From IMG/VR virus record IMGVR_UViG_3300036961_000217: DNA of 64,000 nt. One strand, given 5' to 3'. The notes under the pieces are model-generated. The model was not told the origin of the DNA. It was given only the letters and a program-made list of their open reading frames with translations, and did not search any database. Positions 10,246 to 19,867 of this stretch are shown here, piece after piece. The position numbers and the translations under genes are program-made. Position 1 is the first letter of the stretch, and the number at the start of each line of letters is the position of its first letter. The stretch comes from an uncultured virus (IMG/VR IMGVR_UViG_3300036961_000217) (Duplodnaviria > Heunggongvirae > Uroviricota > Caudoviricetes).

Positions 10246-10815
10246 TTACTCCTTAATTGTCTTAAGCAGATCTTTGAGAGCATGAAATTTAGACACATCA
10301 TCTTTGAGTTGACGTATATAATAGCCAAGAGTTTTGTTAGTTTGGTACATATCTTCATTGGCTTGTTTATACTGCTCATTCTCATTTTTTAGTTTTGCAT
10401 TTTCCTTTTTTAATTTACCTAATCTCTTCCAATAGCTCTTGCGACAAGCATCAAATACACTTTCTTTTTCTCGGATCTCCAGTTCTCTCTTGTTAACAGA
10501 TTTCATTTGGTCTTCAACATATAAGTCACATTCTTCATATAGCTTTTTTCTTTGGATTCTAATTGTGGTTTGCTTGATAATCTCCTCACATGATTCTGGA
10601 GACAGTGTACAAGTACACACCCAAATGAAGGTTCTCCTTTGTTCTTGCGTGAGACTTTCGTAAATCTCGAAAATTTCTTTGTAATTAGCCGTTCCGATCA
10701 AATCCTGAAAATTACAAATCTCTTGCATACTAGTTTTTGTTGTGGTTCTGACACCATTCTTTTTAAAATCATCCAGTTTTTCCAGAATCTTTTCTTTTCT
10801 TAATTCAATGTCCAT
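10246..10815 (-). CDS. Coiled-coil hypothetical protein
   Basis: RBS before MDIELRK. Confidence 0.7.
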   Translation of the reverse strand: MDIELRKEKILEKLDDFKKNGVRTTTKTSMQEICNFQDLIGTANYKEIFEIYESLTQEQRRTFIWVCTCTLSPESCEEIIKQTTIRIQRKKLYEECDLYVEDQMKSVNKRELEIREKESVFDACRKSYWKRLGKLKKENAKLKNENEQYKQANEDMYQTNKTLGYYIRQLKDDVSKFHALKDLLKTIKE

Positions 10816-10891
10816 AGTTCTCTCCCTTTTGTTGACGGTTAGTAGCACATTCATATTCTCAAACCTTTACATTTGAGAATATGATTTACCA

Positions 10892-11557
10892 CTATTCGTC
10901 TAGAGACTTTCTCCACCCACACATTTGACACCAATCATACTGTCCATGCTTCGCTCCATATTTACCTGGACATTCTTCTGGAGTGAAATTTCTATCAAAT
11001 CTTTCCCACCAATCTCCTTGGTGCCTCCAGTTCGCTTCGAACATTTCATCAGTAGGTACGAAATCAGGATACCATCTCCTGATTTTGACCACTGCAGAAT
11101 GGTTATCTACAGTGCAGATTTTCCTTCTCTCTTCTTGCAATTCTTTATTGTATTGGGCATAGGGGGCCGGATAGATAACTGTCTTTTTCCTACCATATTC
11201 CATTTCTGTTGGATGTAGATAACAATTTTTGAAATGAGAGAACATGGCCTTAATCCAACATTGTACTCGTGGATGTTCAAATGGAAGTGGAACATAAAGC
11301 TCTTCCAATCTCCTTCGTAAATTTTCATAGGAGATTTTTCCGTCATCGACAACTACTCCAAATAGAACCATCTTTGGACCACGACCATGATTCCCATGTT
11401 GAGTGTAGATAGCTCTTGTGAAGTAAGTCGGATAACCTGGAGGATCTAAATAGCATCCATTTCCAGGGTCTTTCTGTAGTTGATACGTTGGAGGTTTGAC
11501 ATAAGTTTTGAGTTTTCGCAATTTGTCAAAGTTAATCGTTTCAATCGAATGTTGCAT
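10892..11557 (-). CDS. Hypothetical protein
   Basis: AAGGAGAAAACTATG before MQHSIE. Confidence 0.75.
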   Translation of the reverse strand: MQHSIETINFDKLRKLKTYVKPPTYQLQKDPGNGCYLDPPGYPTYFTRAIYTQHGNHGRGPKMVLFGVVVDDGKISYENLRRRLEELYVPLPFEHPRVQCWIKAMFSHFKNCYLHPTEMEYGRKKTVIYPAPYAQYNKELQEERRKICTVDNHSAVVKIRRWYPDFVPTDEMFEANWRHQGDWWERFDRNFTPEECPGKYGAKHGQYDWCQMCGWRKSLDE

Positions 11558-11573
11558 AGTTTTCTCCTTTTGT

Positions 11574-11858
11574 TTACCAATCAAAAGTTTCCAGATCATC
11601 ATAGATTGGATTTATTGAATCCAAACGAATCCAATCACATCCTCCTTCTACGGCTTCTGTAATCAAATTAATAAAAGCATTGGAAAATCCTTTTTTTGAT
11701 AAATTGTTTCTGTTGACCTCTGTCAATATCAAATATCCATATTCGTATTGATGTACAACCAGTCCAAATGTATCGTTCTCGTTTAACAAATCTCTGTCTT
11801 TCTCTGAAATGTGAGCTGTACTCACTTCCAGACATTTTGAAATTTCTCTTGGTTTCAT
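11574..11858 (-). CDS. DUF5983-like protein
   Basis: LEVSTAHI...YEYG...GCDWIRLD motif. Confidence 0.6.
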   Translation of the reverse strand: MKPREISKCLEVSTAHISEKDRDLLNENDTFGLVVHQYEYGYLILTEVNRNNLSKKGFSNAFINLITEAVEGGCDWIRLDSINPIYDDLETFDW

Positions 11859-11940
11859 AGTTTTCTCCTTTTGTTTTGGGTTAGAAACTCCATGAAAGGG
11901 ACATGCGAACATGTCCCTAACACACAATTTCTAATGCCAT

Positions 11941-12270
11941 TTAGATTCTGTAAGTTACTTCTCCAACCCACGTTTTCTTGAGTTCACGGATCTTGTCATT
12001 AATTGCTTTTAGCCGATCACCAGCTTCTGTTAAACGATCAATCAAATCCTCAATTTCAATTGCAGAGTACAAACGACTTTTACTCCAGGTCTTATTATTT
12101 AATCCATTTTCTGTTACAACATATTCCCCTTTTTCATCAAAATAAACTCTTGGTTTGCCATTAATGTATTCAAATGGAAGACTATCGTAACTTAACCCTT
12201 TAAATTCCAAAATCTCATATTTTGGAATTCCCCTGTCAAATACCTTCTTTACTTTTACTTTCATAGACAT
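11941..12270 (-). CDS. Hypothetical protein
   Basis: AAGGAGAAAACTATG leader. Confidence 0.7.
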   Translation of the reverse strand: MSMKVKVKKVFDRGIPKYEILEFKGLSYDSLPFEYINGKPRVYFDEKGEYVVTENGLNNKTWSKSRLYSAIEIEDLIDRLTEAGDRLKAINDKIRELKKTWVGEVTYRI

Positions 12271-12358
12271 AGTTTTCTCCTTGTTATGCTGCATTAATTT
12301 CCAAATCGTGAGACTCTACTTTTTCCTTCAAATCCTCCTCTACATAGTAATCGATCAT

Positions 12359-12877
12359 TTACTTACAATCTGAGAGAATCATTTCCCTCCATTCGTTCCC
12401 AAAAAATCCCCAGCAACTGTCTCTTTCTTCTTCGTTATCATCTACAATTCGATATCCATAAACCTCTCCTGTTAGATAATTGTCATACTCTTCTACTTCT
12501 GATCTTAATAAATTAATTACTTTTTCTTTAATTTTTTTTGTGACAAGTTTACATGAATATTCTTTTCTTACCTCCTCTTTAGTTACATAGACAAATCCAA
12601 TCTTTCCACTATCCCAAGGGCAGCTAAATGGATACGTTCTAATCGTCAATCCAGAATGGTCGTATAGATAAAGGGGAAGAGAAATTACATCTTTGGATTT
12701 TTCCAATTCCTTTGCATCCTCCAAAGACATATCATGTTTGTCTCCAAGGTTGTACCTACCATGAAAACAAACAAAATGGCCGAAATTGTCCCATTCTGTC
12801 CTTGGGTTTGGAGGGTCTTCATCCAGATAAATCTCGATCCTGTATCCCTTGTACTCTACTACTTCTAATGGCTTCAT
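12359..12877 (-). CDS. Phage/plasmid hypothetical protein (LPLYLYDHSG motif)
   Basis: NPRTEWDN, LPLYLYDHSG, WDSG, YLTGEVYGY, DSCWGFFG. Confidence 0.75.
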   Translation of the reverse strand: MKPLEVVEYKGYRIEIYLDEDPPNPRTEWDNFGHFVCFHGRYNLGDKHDMSLEDAKELEKSKDVISLPLYLYDHSGLTIRTYPFSCPWDSGKIGFVYVTKEEVRKEYSCKLVTKKIKEKVINLLRSEVEEYDNYLTGEVYGYRIVDDNEEERDSCWGFFGNEWREMILSDCK

Positions 12878-12952
12878 GTTTCTCTCCTTGGTTTATGGTT
12901 TACATCTAGTACCACAACAAAGGACAGGATTTCTCCTGTCCTTGATCTAGTG

Positions 12953-13258
12953 CTAGACAAACATGTTATCTTGGTACTCCCTTTTCTCTTTTGTTTTCCA
13001 GTTCCACAAATACCACTCAAACTTCTCTTGGAAAACTTTCCAGGGAACTGGCAGATATTTATTCATTCTATCTTTTGTGGTAACGGTTTTCCATCCTCCA
13101 GAATTAAGTTTGACTTTTCCGTCTTCATAAAAAGTGACAACATTAGTGTCATGAAGACGAACTACAATTCTGTTTTCAAGGTCTACAAGGTAGGTATTAT
13201 TCCCAATCTTTTTAGAGTTTCTACCTTTCAACATTTCTTTTACTTCTTCATAAGTCAT
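12953..13258 (-). CDS. Hypothetical phage protein
   Basis: LNSGGWKTVTTKDRMN motif; strong RBS. Confidence 0.7.
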   Translation of the reverse strand: MTYEEVKEMLKGRNSKKIGNNTYLVDLENRIVVRLHDTNVVTFYEDGKVKLNSGGWKTVTTKDRMNKYLPVPWKVFQEKFEWYLWNWKTKEKREYQDNMFV

Positions 13259-13329
13259 AGTTTTCTCCTTATAACTCAATTCTTGTTTCCGCTATTGCAA
13301 TTTCATTCAGATCAATTTTGTGTTTCATT

Positions 13330-13635
13330 TCACTCTCCTTTCATAAAATCTTTGATCTTCCTTTCCATTTTCCATGACCACAATTGTATCTTCCATGACC
13401 ATGAACGTATTCTATTTTTATAATCACATACTTTTATCTCATATCCATAGTTGCCGAAACTCACGTAAAACGAAAATCCGTCCCAGACATATTCCTTGTG
13501 AAATCTACCAATTCCATACTCTTTAAAATTGCAGTATGTAGTCCTGCAAATTGAGATTCCTAGCCCATAACATAGAACTCCCCTTGCAGGTCCATTTCTC
13601 CAAAAACACGAATCGTGTTCTAGATCTCTTGCCAT
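13330..13635 (-). CDS. Hypothetical protein
   Basis: Coupled to the CCA gene. Confidence 0.6.
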   Translation of the reverse strand: MARDLEHDSCFWRNGPARGVLCYGLGISICRTTYCNFKEYGIGRFHKEYVWDGFSFYVSFGNYGYEIKVCDYKNRIRSWSWKIQLWSWKMERKIKDFMKGE

Positions 13636-13636
13636 T

Positions 13637-14866
13637 TCATTCTCCTTTTTCTAGTTTTCTGAAAAGTTCCACTCTCCTCTGAAACAGAACCTGTCCAAGT
13701 AAAGGCCCAGGTTTAATTCCTTCTGCAACCAAGTCCTTTCCTGTCACGCCATCTTTTGCAGATAAAGCATCTGCAATCCTATCGTGAGCAGTGGCAAATT
13801 TCTCAACTTCCGAGAAGACATCTGCCCCTTCCCGACAAGTTGAATCTAGAAACGAGACTCGAAAGATATCATACAGATGCTTCTCATTCTCTAAAACAAA
13901 CTTCACAACCTTCCCTGGTTTCATCTTGGGAAGGTTTTTAATCCTCATATGCTCAGAGCTACATTTCACTCCAAATTCCTTTAGTTCATTAGGAATTCGA
14001 AGTCGTTTACAGAATTCCTCGATACAAGGCACACCTAACGAATCATGCCCGAAGTGATGAGGATGTTTGTCAGGATCGGTTTCGCCTTTGCCGAAATCAT
14101 GGCAGAGCAATCCAAACCTGATTTTAAATTCGTCAGTCGAATTCAACAGGTTCATGACATGACGAAAGGCAGTCCCGTCATGCATGTCAGAAACATGCAA
14201 TTTTGAGATTTCTGGAAACCAGTGATCTAGCAGACCACATGAGTCCAAAGTCTCGAAAAAACGGGCAGGAAACGCCTCACAGAGGGTCTTCTGCAACTCA
14301 ATCCAGACCCTTTCCCCTTTGAGATTTTTGATTTCCTCTTTCAAGGATTTCATAACCTCCAAGGTGTCAGGATGAACAGAAAACCCGAATCTGGAAACAA
14401 ATCTCGCAACCCGAAAAACCCTCAATGGATCTTCGGCAAATGCATCACTGACATGCCGAAGAATTCCATTTTCAAGATCTTCCTGTCCATTGAACGGGTC
14501 GAACAGTTCACCTGTCAGGCAGTCAATGGCCATTGCGTTAATGGTCAAATCACGCCTGAACAGATCCTGTTCAATGGTAACATTCTCGTCGGAGAAGAAT
14601 GTGAACCCATGGTAGCCCACGCCATTCTTTTTCTCTTTTCTGGCAAGGGCGATTTCACATTTCTGCCCGTCAATTTCTACAAGAAATACAGGGGCATCAT
14701 GCCCAACTGGTTTTTCCCATGGGATGTTTTCCAGGGATAAACCTGTCACGACATAATCCCTGTCCTTTGCAGAAATGCCAAGGAACTGGTCCCTGACAAA
14801 TCCGCCGACAATAAAAGCCCTACCACCAAGAGACTTGATGGAAAGGGCAAATTCTTTCTCAGTCAT
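13637..14866 (-). CDS. cca: Class II tRNA nucleotidyltransferase (CCA-adding) with HD domain
   Basis: VGGFVRD, DRD, ARKE..G.GYHGF, DLFRRDLTINAMA, EDPLRVFRVARF, ERVWIE, CHDFGK. Confidence 0.9.
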   Translation of the reverse strand: MTEKEFALSIKSLGGRAFIVGGFVRDQFLGISAKDRDYVVTGLSLENIPWEKPVGHDAPVFLVEIDGQKCEIALARKEKKNGVGYHGFTFFSDENVTIEQDLFRRDLTINAMAIDCLTGELFDPFNGQEDLENGILRHVSDAFAEDPLRVFRVARFVSRFGFSVHPDTLEVMKSLKEEIKNLKGERVWIELQKTLCEAFPARFFETLDSCGLLDHWFPEISKLHVSDMHDGTAFRHVMNLLNSTDEFKIRFGLLCHDFGKGETDPDKHPHHFGHDSLGVPCIEEFCKRLRIPNELKEFGVKCSSEHMRIKNLPKMKPGKVVKFVLENEKHLYDIFRVSFLDSTCREGADVFSEVEKFATAHDRIADALSAKDGVTGKDLVAEGIKPGPLLGQVLFQRRVELFRKLEKGE

Positions 14867-14928
14867 TTTAAACCTCCTTTTCTCCAGAAAACATGACAAT
14901 CTAGCAGACTCTCAAATTTCCTGGAAAC

Positions 14929-14969
14929 AAAAAAGCCCTGCAGGACATGGAACATAATCCTGCAGGGCT
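14929..14969 (-). terminator. Intrinsic terminator
   Basis: AGCCCTGCAGGA stem plus T-tract on the minus strand. Confidence 0.75.
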
Positions 14970-15632
14970 GGGAATTACACTGAAAGAATTGGTTTTCCTA
15001 CAGTGTAGGTCATAGAGTTATTGTATGCAATGATTGACTGAATTTCACGACGAGACAATTCAAGTCTTTCAAATTCCGAAAAATCGCGCAACCTGTTTTG
15101 TGTTGCGCGATAGATAGAACATTTCTCCTCCAGGTCTTTTTCGAAAAGCTGATCTGAAAGGAGGAGAGCGTGAATCATTTCTTCCCACATAACAATTCTC
15201 CTTCTTAGAGTTTCACGATTTTCCCGCCGAACATGCGACGGGCTTTTAAAGCTTTGCTTGAAGAAATATAGTATTGGTTCATAAACCTGGAAGTTTTTGG
15301 GAAAACGATCTTCCAGACATAGCCACATTGTTTCGCAAGTTTGTCGCTCATTTCTTCACCTCCACCGTTACGGTAAAGGTTTCTCTTCTACCGTTCAAAA
15401 CACGAACGGCAATGAATTGACCTGATTTAATGACTTCTGGCATAGCTTTCTCCTTGTAATTGAAGTTTGATTGAAACAGAGCGATATGCTCCAAGCATCT
15501 TTCATATTTCTATGAAAAATCCTTGCAACAAAAAACCCTGGAAATCTAAAAAATCAGATGATTGCAGCCTTCATAATTTCCAGAATTCTCCAGGGAAATT
15601 CATATAAAATCAAATTTCCCTGGAGAATATAA

Positions 15633-15995
15633 CTAGAACGTGTCACGAAATCTGACAAAACGGAAAATCGAAACTTTTGTTCCGTCAGGCTTCTCCTCCA
15701 CAACTCTGGCAGTAGTAGAGTGAATAACATGAATTTCGTGTTCTCTAAGACGTGTAGCAAGACGGGTAATAAAACCCGTCTCTCCCATTAAATGGACATA
15801 ATGAGTTTCAAACATGGTAACATAGCTCCAAATCTTAGCAAACCAAACATCAACTAAATCCTCAAGTTCGATGGAGGTCAATTCGGGACTTACATTTGGA
15901 AATCCCAGATCGATAATCTCACCAAATTCCTGAGCACTTTTCAATTGCTCAGGACTCCACTTTTCCGACGAATGATTGGAAACATTAATGAGCAT
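15633..15995 (-). CDS. Csx20-like CRISPR-associated protein, putative ring nuclease
   Basis: SNH...W..EQ; VHLMGE.GF; HSTT.R.VEE..DG.K.S.F.FVRFR, matching the recalled Csx20-type motif; AAGGAGG RBS. Confidence 0.7.
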   Translation of the reverse strand: MLINVSNHSSEKWSPEQLKSAQEFGEIIDLGFPNVSPELTSIELEDLVDVWFAKIWSYVTMFETHYVHLMGETGFITRLATRLREHEIHVIHSTTARVVEEKPDGTKVSIFRFVRFRDTF

Positions 15996-16344
15996 AACAA
16001 TCCTCCTTAAAATCAAAATTCCCTCCAACAAGGAAACATAGAACAATTCCATATTCCCTTGCAACAAGGAATGAGCCAGTTTTATGTCGTGGCTCACGAC
16101 ATGGAATTTCTAGCTGAGCTTCCACATTCCAACAAGCCCAGCTAGAATGATGCAATAACAGAATAATGTTTCCATTATTTCCCCTCCATTAAAGAGATAA
16201 TCGCAGACACCATGAACGTAACAAGCCAGACAAGGCAAACAAGTTCACCCTGCCCGAAGGAATGATTAAAAACTGAAAAATCAGCGAACATAGTGCTGAC
16301 ACAGCAGAGAATGGTGCTGACAAGAACAAGGATTTTCCCCATTT

Positions 16345-16551
16345 TTAAATCCCTCCAGTTAAATGAGATTTCTTTAAAGCACGGGTTTGCCTAGCCAATT
16401 CCAGGCAAATAGAGCAAATCCCACCTGAAACAGATTCCGAACAAACAAACCTGCAACCTGAACAATGGTTGCAGTGAACCTGTTTCTTGTCTTGTAAACA
16501 GCCAAAAACTCGCCCACATCTAATGCATTTGTACACAAAAGACGTTGTCAT
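16345..16551 (-). CDS. Small Cys-rich protein
   Basis: Several CxxC motifs; RBS. Confidence 0.55.
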   Translation of the reverse strand: MTTSFVYKCIRCGRVFGCLQDKKQVHCNHCSGCRFVCSESVSGGICSICLELARQTRALKKSHLTGGI

Positions 16552-16640
16552 AATAATCTCCTTTCGTAGTAAAATGCATTCCAGAAAATCAAGAAAATCA
16601 AACACATGAGTGTTTAACTTTCCAAAATTTCTGGAAAATA

Positions 16641-16682
16641 AAAAACCCCTGGAAAATCATATAAAATCAATTTTCCAGGAAA
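16641..16682 (-). terminator. Intrinsic terminator
   Basis: CCTGGAAAAT stem plus T-tract; related copy at ~15590-15623. Confidence 0.6.
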
Positions 16683-16696
16683 CTTCATGAAGAAAA

Positions 16697-16939
16697 TCAC
16701 TCCTCACAAACCTGGAAAGCAGAAATCTTTCCAGAAGAAATCAATTGACTTCCATACAGATTTGCTTCCTGAAAAGAATCAAACCTCCTCCTGATTTTTT
16801 TGGTTTTCCCATTTTTCTTTTTCCCATAAACAACATAGAACAAAGAAGATCTTGCCTCTTGTTCCTGGAACCAGCTAATAGCAGAATTCCTACCAATCTG
16901 CCATTCACTCAGGTCATTCGCAAACTTAAAATCGGACAT
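16697..16939 (-). CDS. Hypothetical protein
   Basis: GGAGG RBS. Confidence 0.6.
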   Translation of the reverse strand: MSDFKFANDLSEWQIGRNSAISWFQEQEARSSLFYVVYGKKKNGKTKKIRRRFDSFQEANLYGSQLISSGKISAFQVCEE

Positions 16940-17792
16940 AACAATCCTCCAAAACCAGATTTCTATAAAATGAAAATTCCCTCCAACAAGGAATTTTCAG
17001 AAAAAAACAGAACAGGTTTAAGTCAAAAAGAAGGGGTAGCACGCCAAAAATCGACATGCTACCCCAAAGGAAAACACCATCAACAAAATGAATACTAAGC
17101 TTTGTCGATGGTTGTCAGGATTCAAGCCTCACTGACATGGCTAGAGATCATAAGCCTTAGCTCATATGGCATAAGAGGAAAAGCACTCAGGAATCGTATG
17201 GCATCCTGATGTCACCATGAAGATGCTAGCCAAACAATGTCTAGCTCGACATATGATATGCCCACAAAAGTATAGCAGAGATTGGTCAAAAGATCGTCTT
17301 GGCAATGGCGAAACATTGCACCAAGGTTCAGCGTTGCGGGCTACATATGTGATAGTTGTCCTAGTCACATATCCCGTACATGGAGCTAATCAGCTCCACA
17401 CCTATCATCCCCCTGATAGGATCATTATCCGTTTCGCTACCTGGAACATGGAAGTCAGTATGCTAATCGGCATGGAAGTGTAGCAGGTCTACGGATTAAA
17501 CCTTCTTAGTCGCCTTCCACCAAAAATGTTCCTTCACTGAACATGTTTGGTGCTGCGTGAGTTTTGTTGTTCTCCGTCACCGGCCTAGCATGGTAACAAT
17601 CAAGGTACAATACCTTGATCAGTATCGTAAACGGTTTTGGCGGTAATGTACGGGTTATCGCCCTTGCCCTAATACGTTGCCGAAACATGTAATCCTATAC
17701 GGACTCGACATGTTTTGCATTCCGAGCCGGCTATGCTCATATTTAGCCTGCTAAACTCCATTATCAGGTTAACAAAAAACATCCTACAAACA

Positions 17793-17830
17793 CGAAAAGC
17801 CGACCACAAGTGAACATGGTCGGCTTTTCG
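17793..17830. terminator. Terminator-like hairpin, possibly bidirectional
   Basis: CGAAAAGCCGACCA / TGGTCGGCTTTTCG. Confidence 0.65.
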
Positions 17831-17891
17831 TATCGATAGAATGTAAAGCTACATGATTTCAAAAGCATCGATTTTACCCTTCCAGAAAGCA

Positions 17892-17927
17892 GGAAAGCCG
17901 TCAAGGTGTTACCCTTGACGGCTTTCC
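17892..17927 (-). terminator. Terminator after the 17944 gene
   Basis: 15-bp perfect stem GGAAAGCCGTCAAGG. Confidence 0.75.
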
Positions 17928-17943
17928 ATCGGGATTGGTTTGA

Positions 17944-18657
17944 TTATTCGGCTTTATCAGCGTTATCAGCAAGACCCCTTGCTTCTCCAACTTCGCGGAG
18001 GATGGTCATGAAGTTTGTTACCATATTGTCTTCGAAGAGCTTCTCCGCAAAGCGCCTGAACCCCTCTTTACTCAGCTTCAATTGACGAAGAGCTGCAAGG
18101 TCTTTCTCGAACTCCTTAGGGTCATCGCCCCGGCGTTCGGCTATTTCGACCGCATCTTTATCACTTGCGACAATGCCTTTTGACTTGACAAGGCCATAGT
18201 GATTCCGAATCGCGTCAAGCGATTCGCCCCTACAAAAGCGCCGGATGCAGTCAACCATGCCGGCCTTACCATTGTCGGTCTTAACCTTGACCAGAATCCC
18301 CTTAAGTACCTGCGCATTGCGAAAGGTTCCAAGATCGTAGAATTCATGACCGATTTCGTCGGCAAGCTTTGCAATGGCAGAGTATTGTTGCAAGGTGTTA
18401 ATCGCTAAGCGTTCAATCTTGCCATGCATCTTTGTCGCTACTTTCTTGATGGTCACTTCGTTAGCGGTTGCGTAGGCGTTCATGGCTCTGCCGATAGAAA
18501 CCGCACCCTTAAGGGCGCTTTCCTCTTGCTCTATTGCGTATCGTGCAAGGCTACCATACGAGTTTAGCATGCTAAACTCGTCAGGAGCGGTCTGGACGTC
18601 AGGAATGCTGGTGGTCTCAGGGGCCTCAGGATCAACGGTTTGGTTCTTCTTGCTCAT
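17944..18657 (-). CDS. Hypothetical protein, stand-alone transcription unit
   Basis: 237 aa, RBS, own terminator, GC-richer codons than neighbours. Confidence 0.8.
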   Translation of the reverse strand: MSKKNQTVDPEAPETTSIPDVQTAPDEFSMLNSYGSLARYAIEQEESALKGAVSIGRAMNAYATANEVTIKKVATKMHGKIERLAINTLQQYSAIAKLADEIGHEFYDLGTFRNAQVLKGILVKVKTDNGKAGMVDCIRRFCRGESLDAIRNHYGLVKSKGIVASDKDAVEIAERRGDDPKEFEKDLAALRQLKLSKEGFRRFAEKLFEDNMVTNFMTILREVGEARGLADNADKAE

Positions 18658-18790
18658 GTGTTTGTCCTTTCATGCTCAAGGTTATGGGTCAATAGGGCAT
18701 ACAGCATGCCCTTCACTTGTCGGTCACAAGACCAAGGACAAGTGGAGGGGGTGAATTGGCTTCCCAGGCTAATCTATGGGCATTGGGCGT

Positions 18791-18953
18791 ATACCCCCCC
18801 ACATGATTTTGTATTTTTTGAGATTCCTTAATAGATTTCATGTCATTCTGTACCCCCGCACAATTTCATATTTTTTGGAATTGCTTATATATTCTCATAG
18901 ATAATTCAAGCAGTGGTCTATCCAACACAATTTCATATTAATTGCTCAATAGG
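18791..18953. repeat. Three degenerate direct repeats (C-rich start, CAC-ATTTYRTATT...ATT(C/G)CT-AT)
   Basis: Copies at ~18791, ~18851 and ~18919. Confidence 0.6.
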
Positions 18954-19306
18954 TTTTATACAGCCTATCACAACAGAGAAAAAATAGGATTTCATTCCTT
19001 GGTTTTATTCCTGGAATTGAAATCCTGCTGAAGTTGGTTTTGTTTTTCTGGAAAGGGTTAAAAGGTTTTCGTGCTACGGGTAATTACACCGACTTTCCCC
19101 CAGGACTTGAATTGATGTGGTTTTTATGAAAACTCCTTTAAATCGGCTGAAATTGGCTGAAATTGGGTGTGTGTAATTTCAGGTACTTAGCTACGATTTT
19201 TTGGAAAATCGCCCATAGGGTTTTTCCAAAAAATTTCGCCTATAGAATGGCTCTGTACAACGATTCTTTAGAAAATAAGAGAAATTGAAAGCTTTTGCTG
19301 AAATTG

Positions 19307-19504
19307 TCATCTAAGCTTCCTGTTGATTACTTCTGATAAATCATAGAGTCTATCAAGAATTTCATCCACCTTGTTCTCAAGTGATGGTTTCCTGTTGAAT
19401 TCTTCAATTGCTTTTCTTATTGCTTGGCTGATTGTTTCGAATTCCTTCTTTGATTCGAGTTTTTTGATTTCCTCTTCTGGAATTCTTACCTGAATTGTTT
19501 TCAT
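19307..19504 (-). CDS. Ribbon-helix-helix (CopG-like) regulator
   Basis: TIQVRIPEEEIKKLE...TISQAIRKAIEEF. Confidence 0.75.
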   Translation of the reverse strand: MKTIQVRIPEEEIKKLESKKEFETISQAIRKAIEEFNRKPSLENKVDEILDRLYDLSEVINRKLR

Positions 19505-19815
19505 TAATGTTTTCCTTATGTTTTATTTTTTGGTACTGTTCTATAACGTGTTTTGGTACATTTTACATTACAGAACAGTACGGGTTTTAATTTCACTATG
19601 GTTTATATAGTAAAAATTCAATTACGTCTGGATAGGTAAATGAAACGCTATGTCCTCCTATTTTCAGGTAGCTTCCTCTAATCAGTGGGGTTTGATTGTT
19701 TTTCTCGTCCTGCAGGAGTTCATAGCACAATGGATTATTTATTGGAACTATTATTAGGATTTCCATTTTTCACTCTCGATCTGTAGGAATTTCAGTGAGA
19801 TAGTATTTTTGTTTG

Positions 19816-19867
<52 letters not shown>

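Noticed and set aside
15996..16097. N-terminal extension of the 154-aa ORF, and similar extensions at 4885, 7688, 8880, 10854 and 11927
   Set aside because: They run through leader hairpins; strong RBS-ATG pairs lie downstream
17162..17688. Short ORFs on both strands in the hairpin-rich block
   Set aside because: No clear RBS and no recognisable protein features
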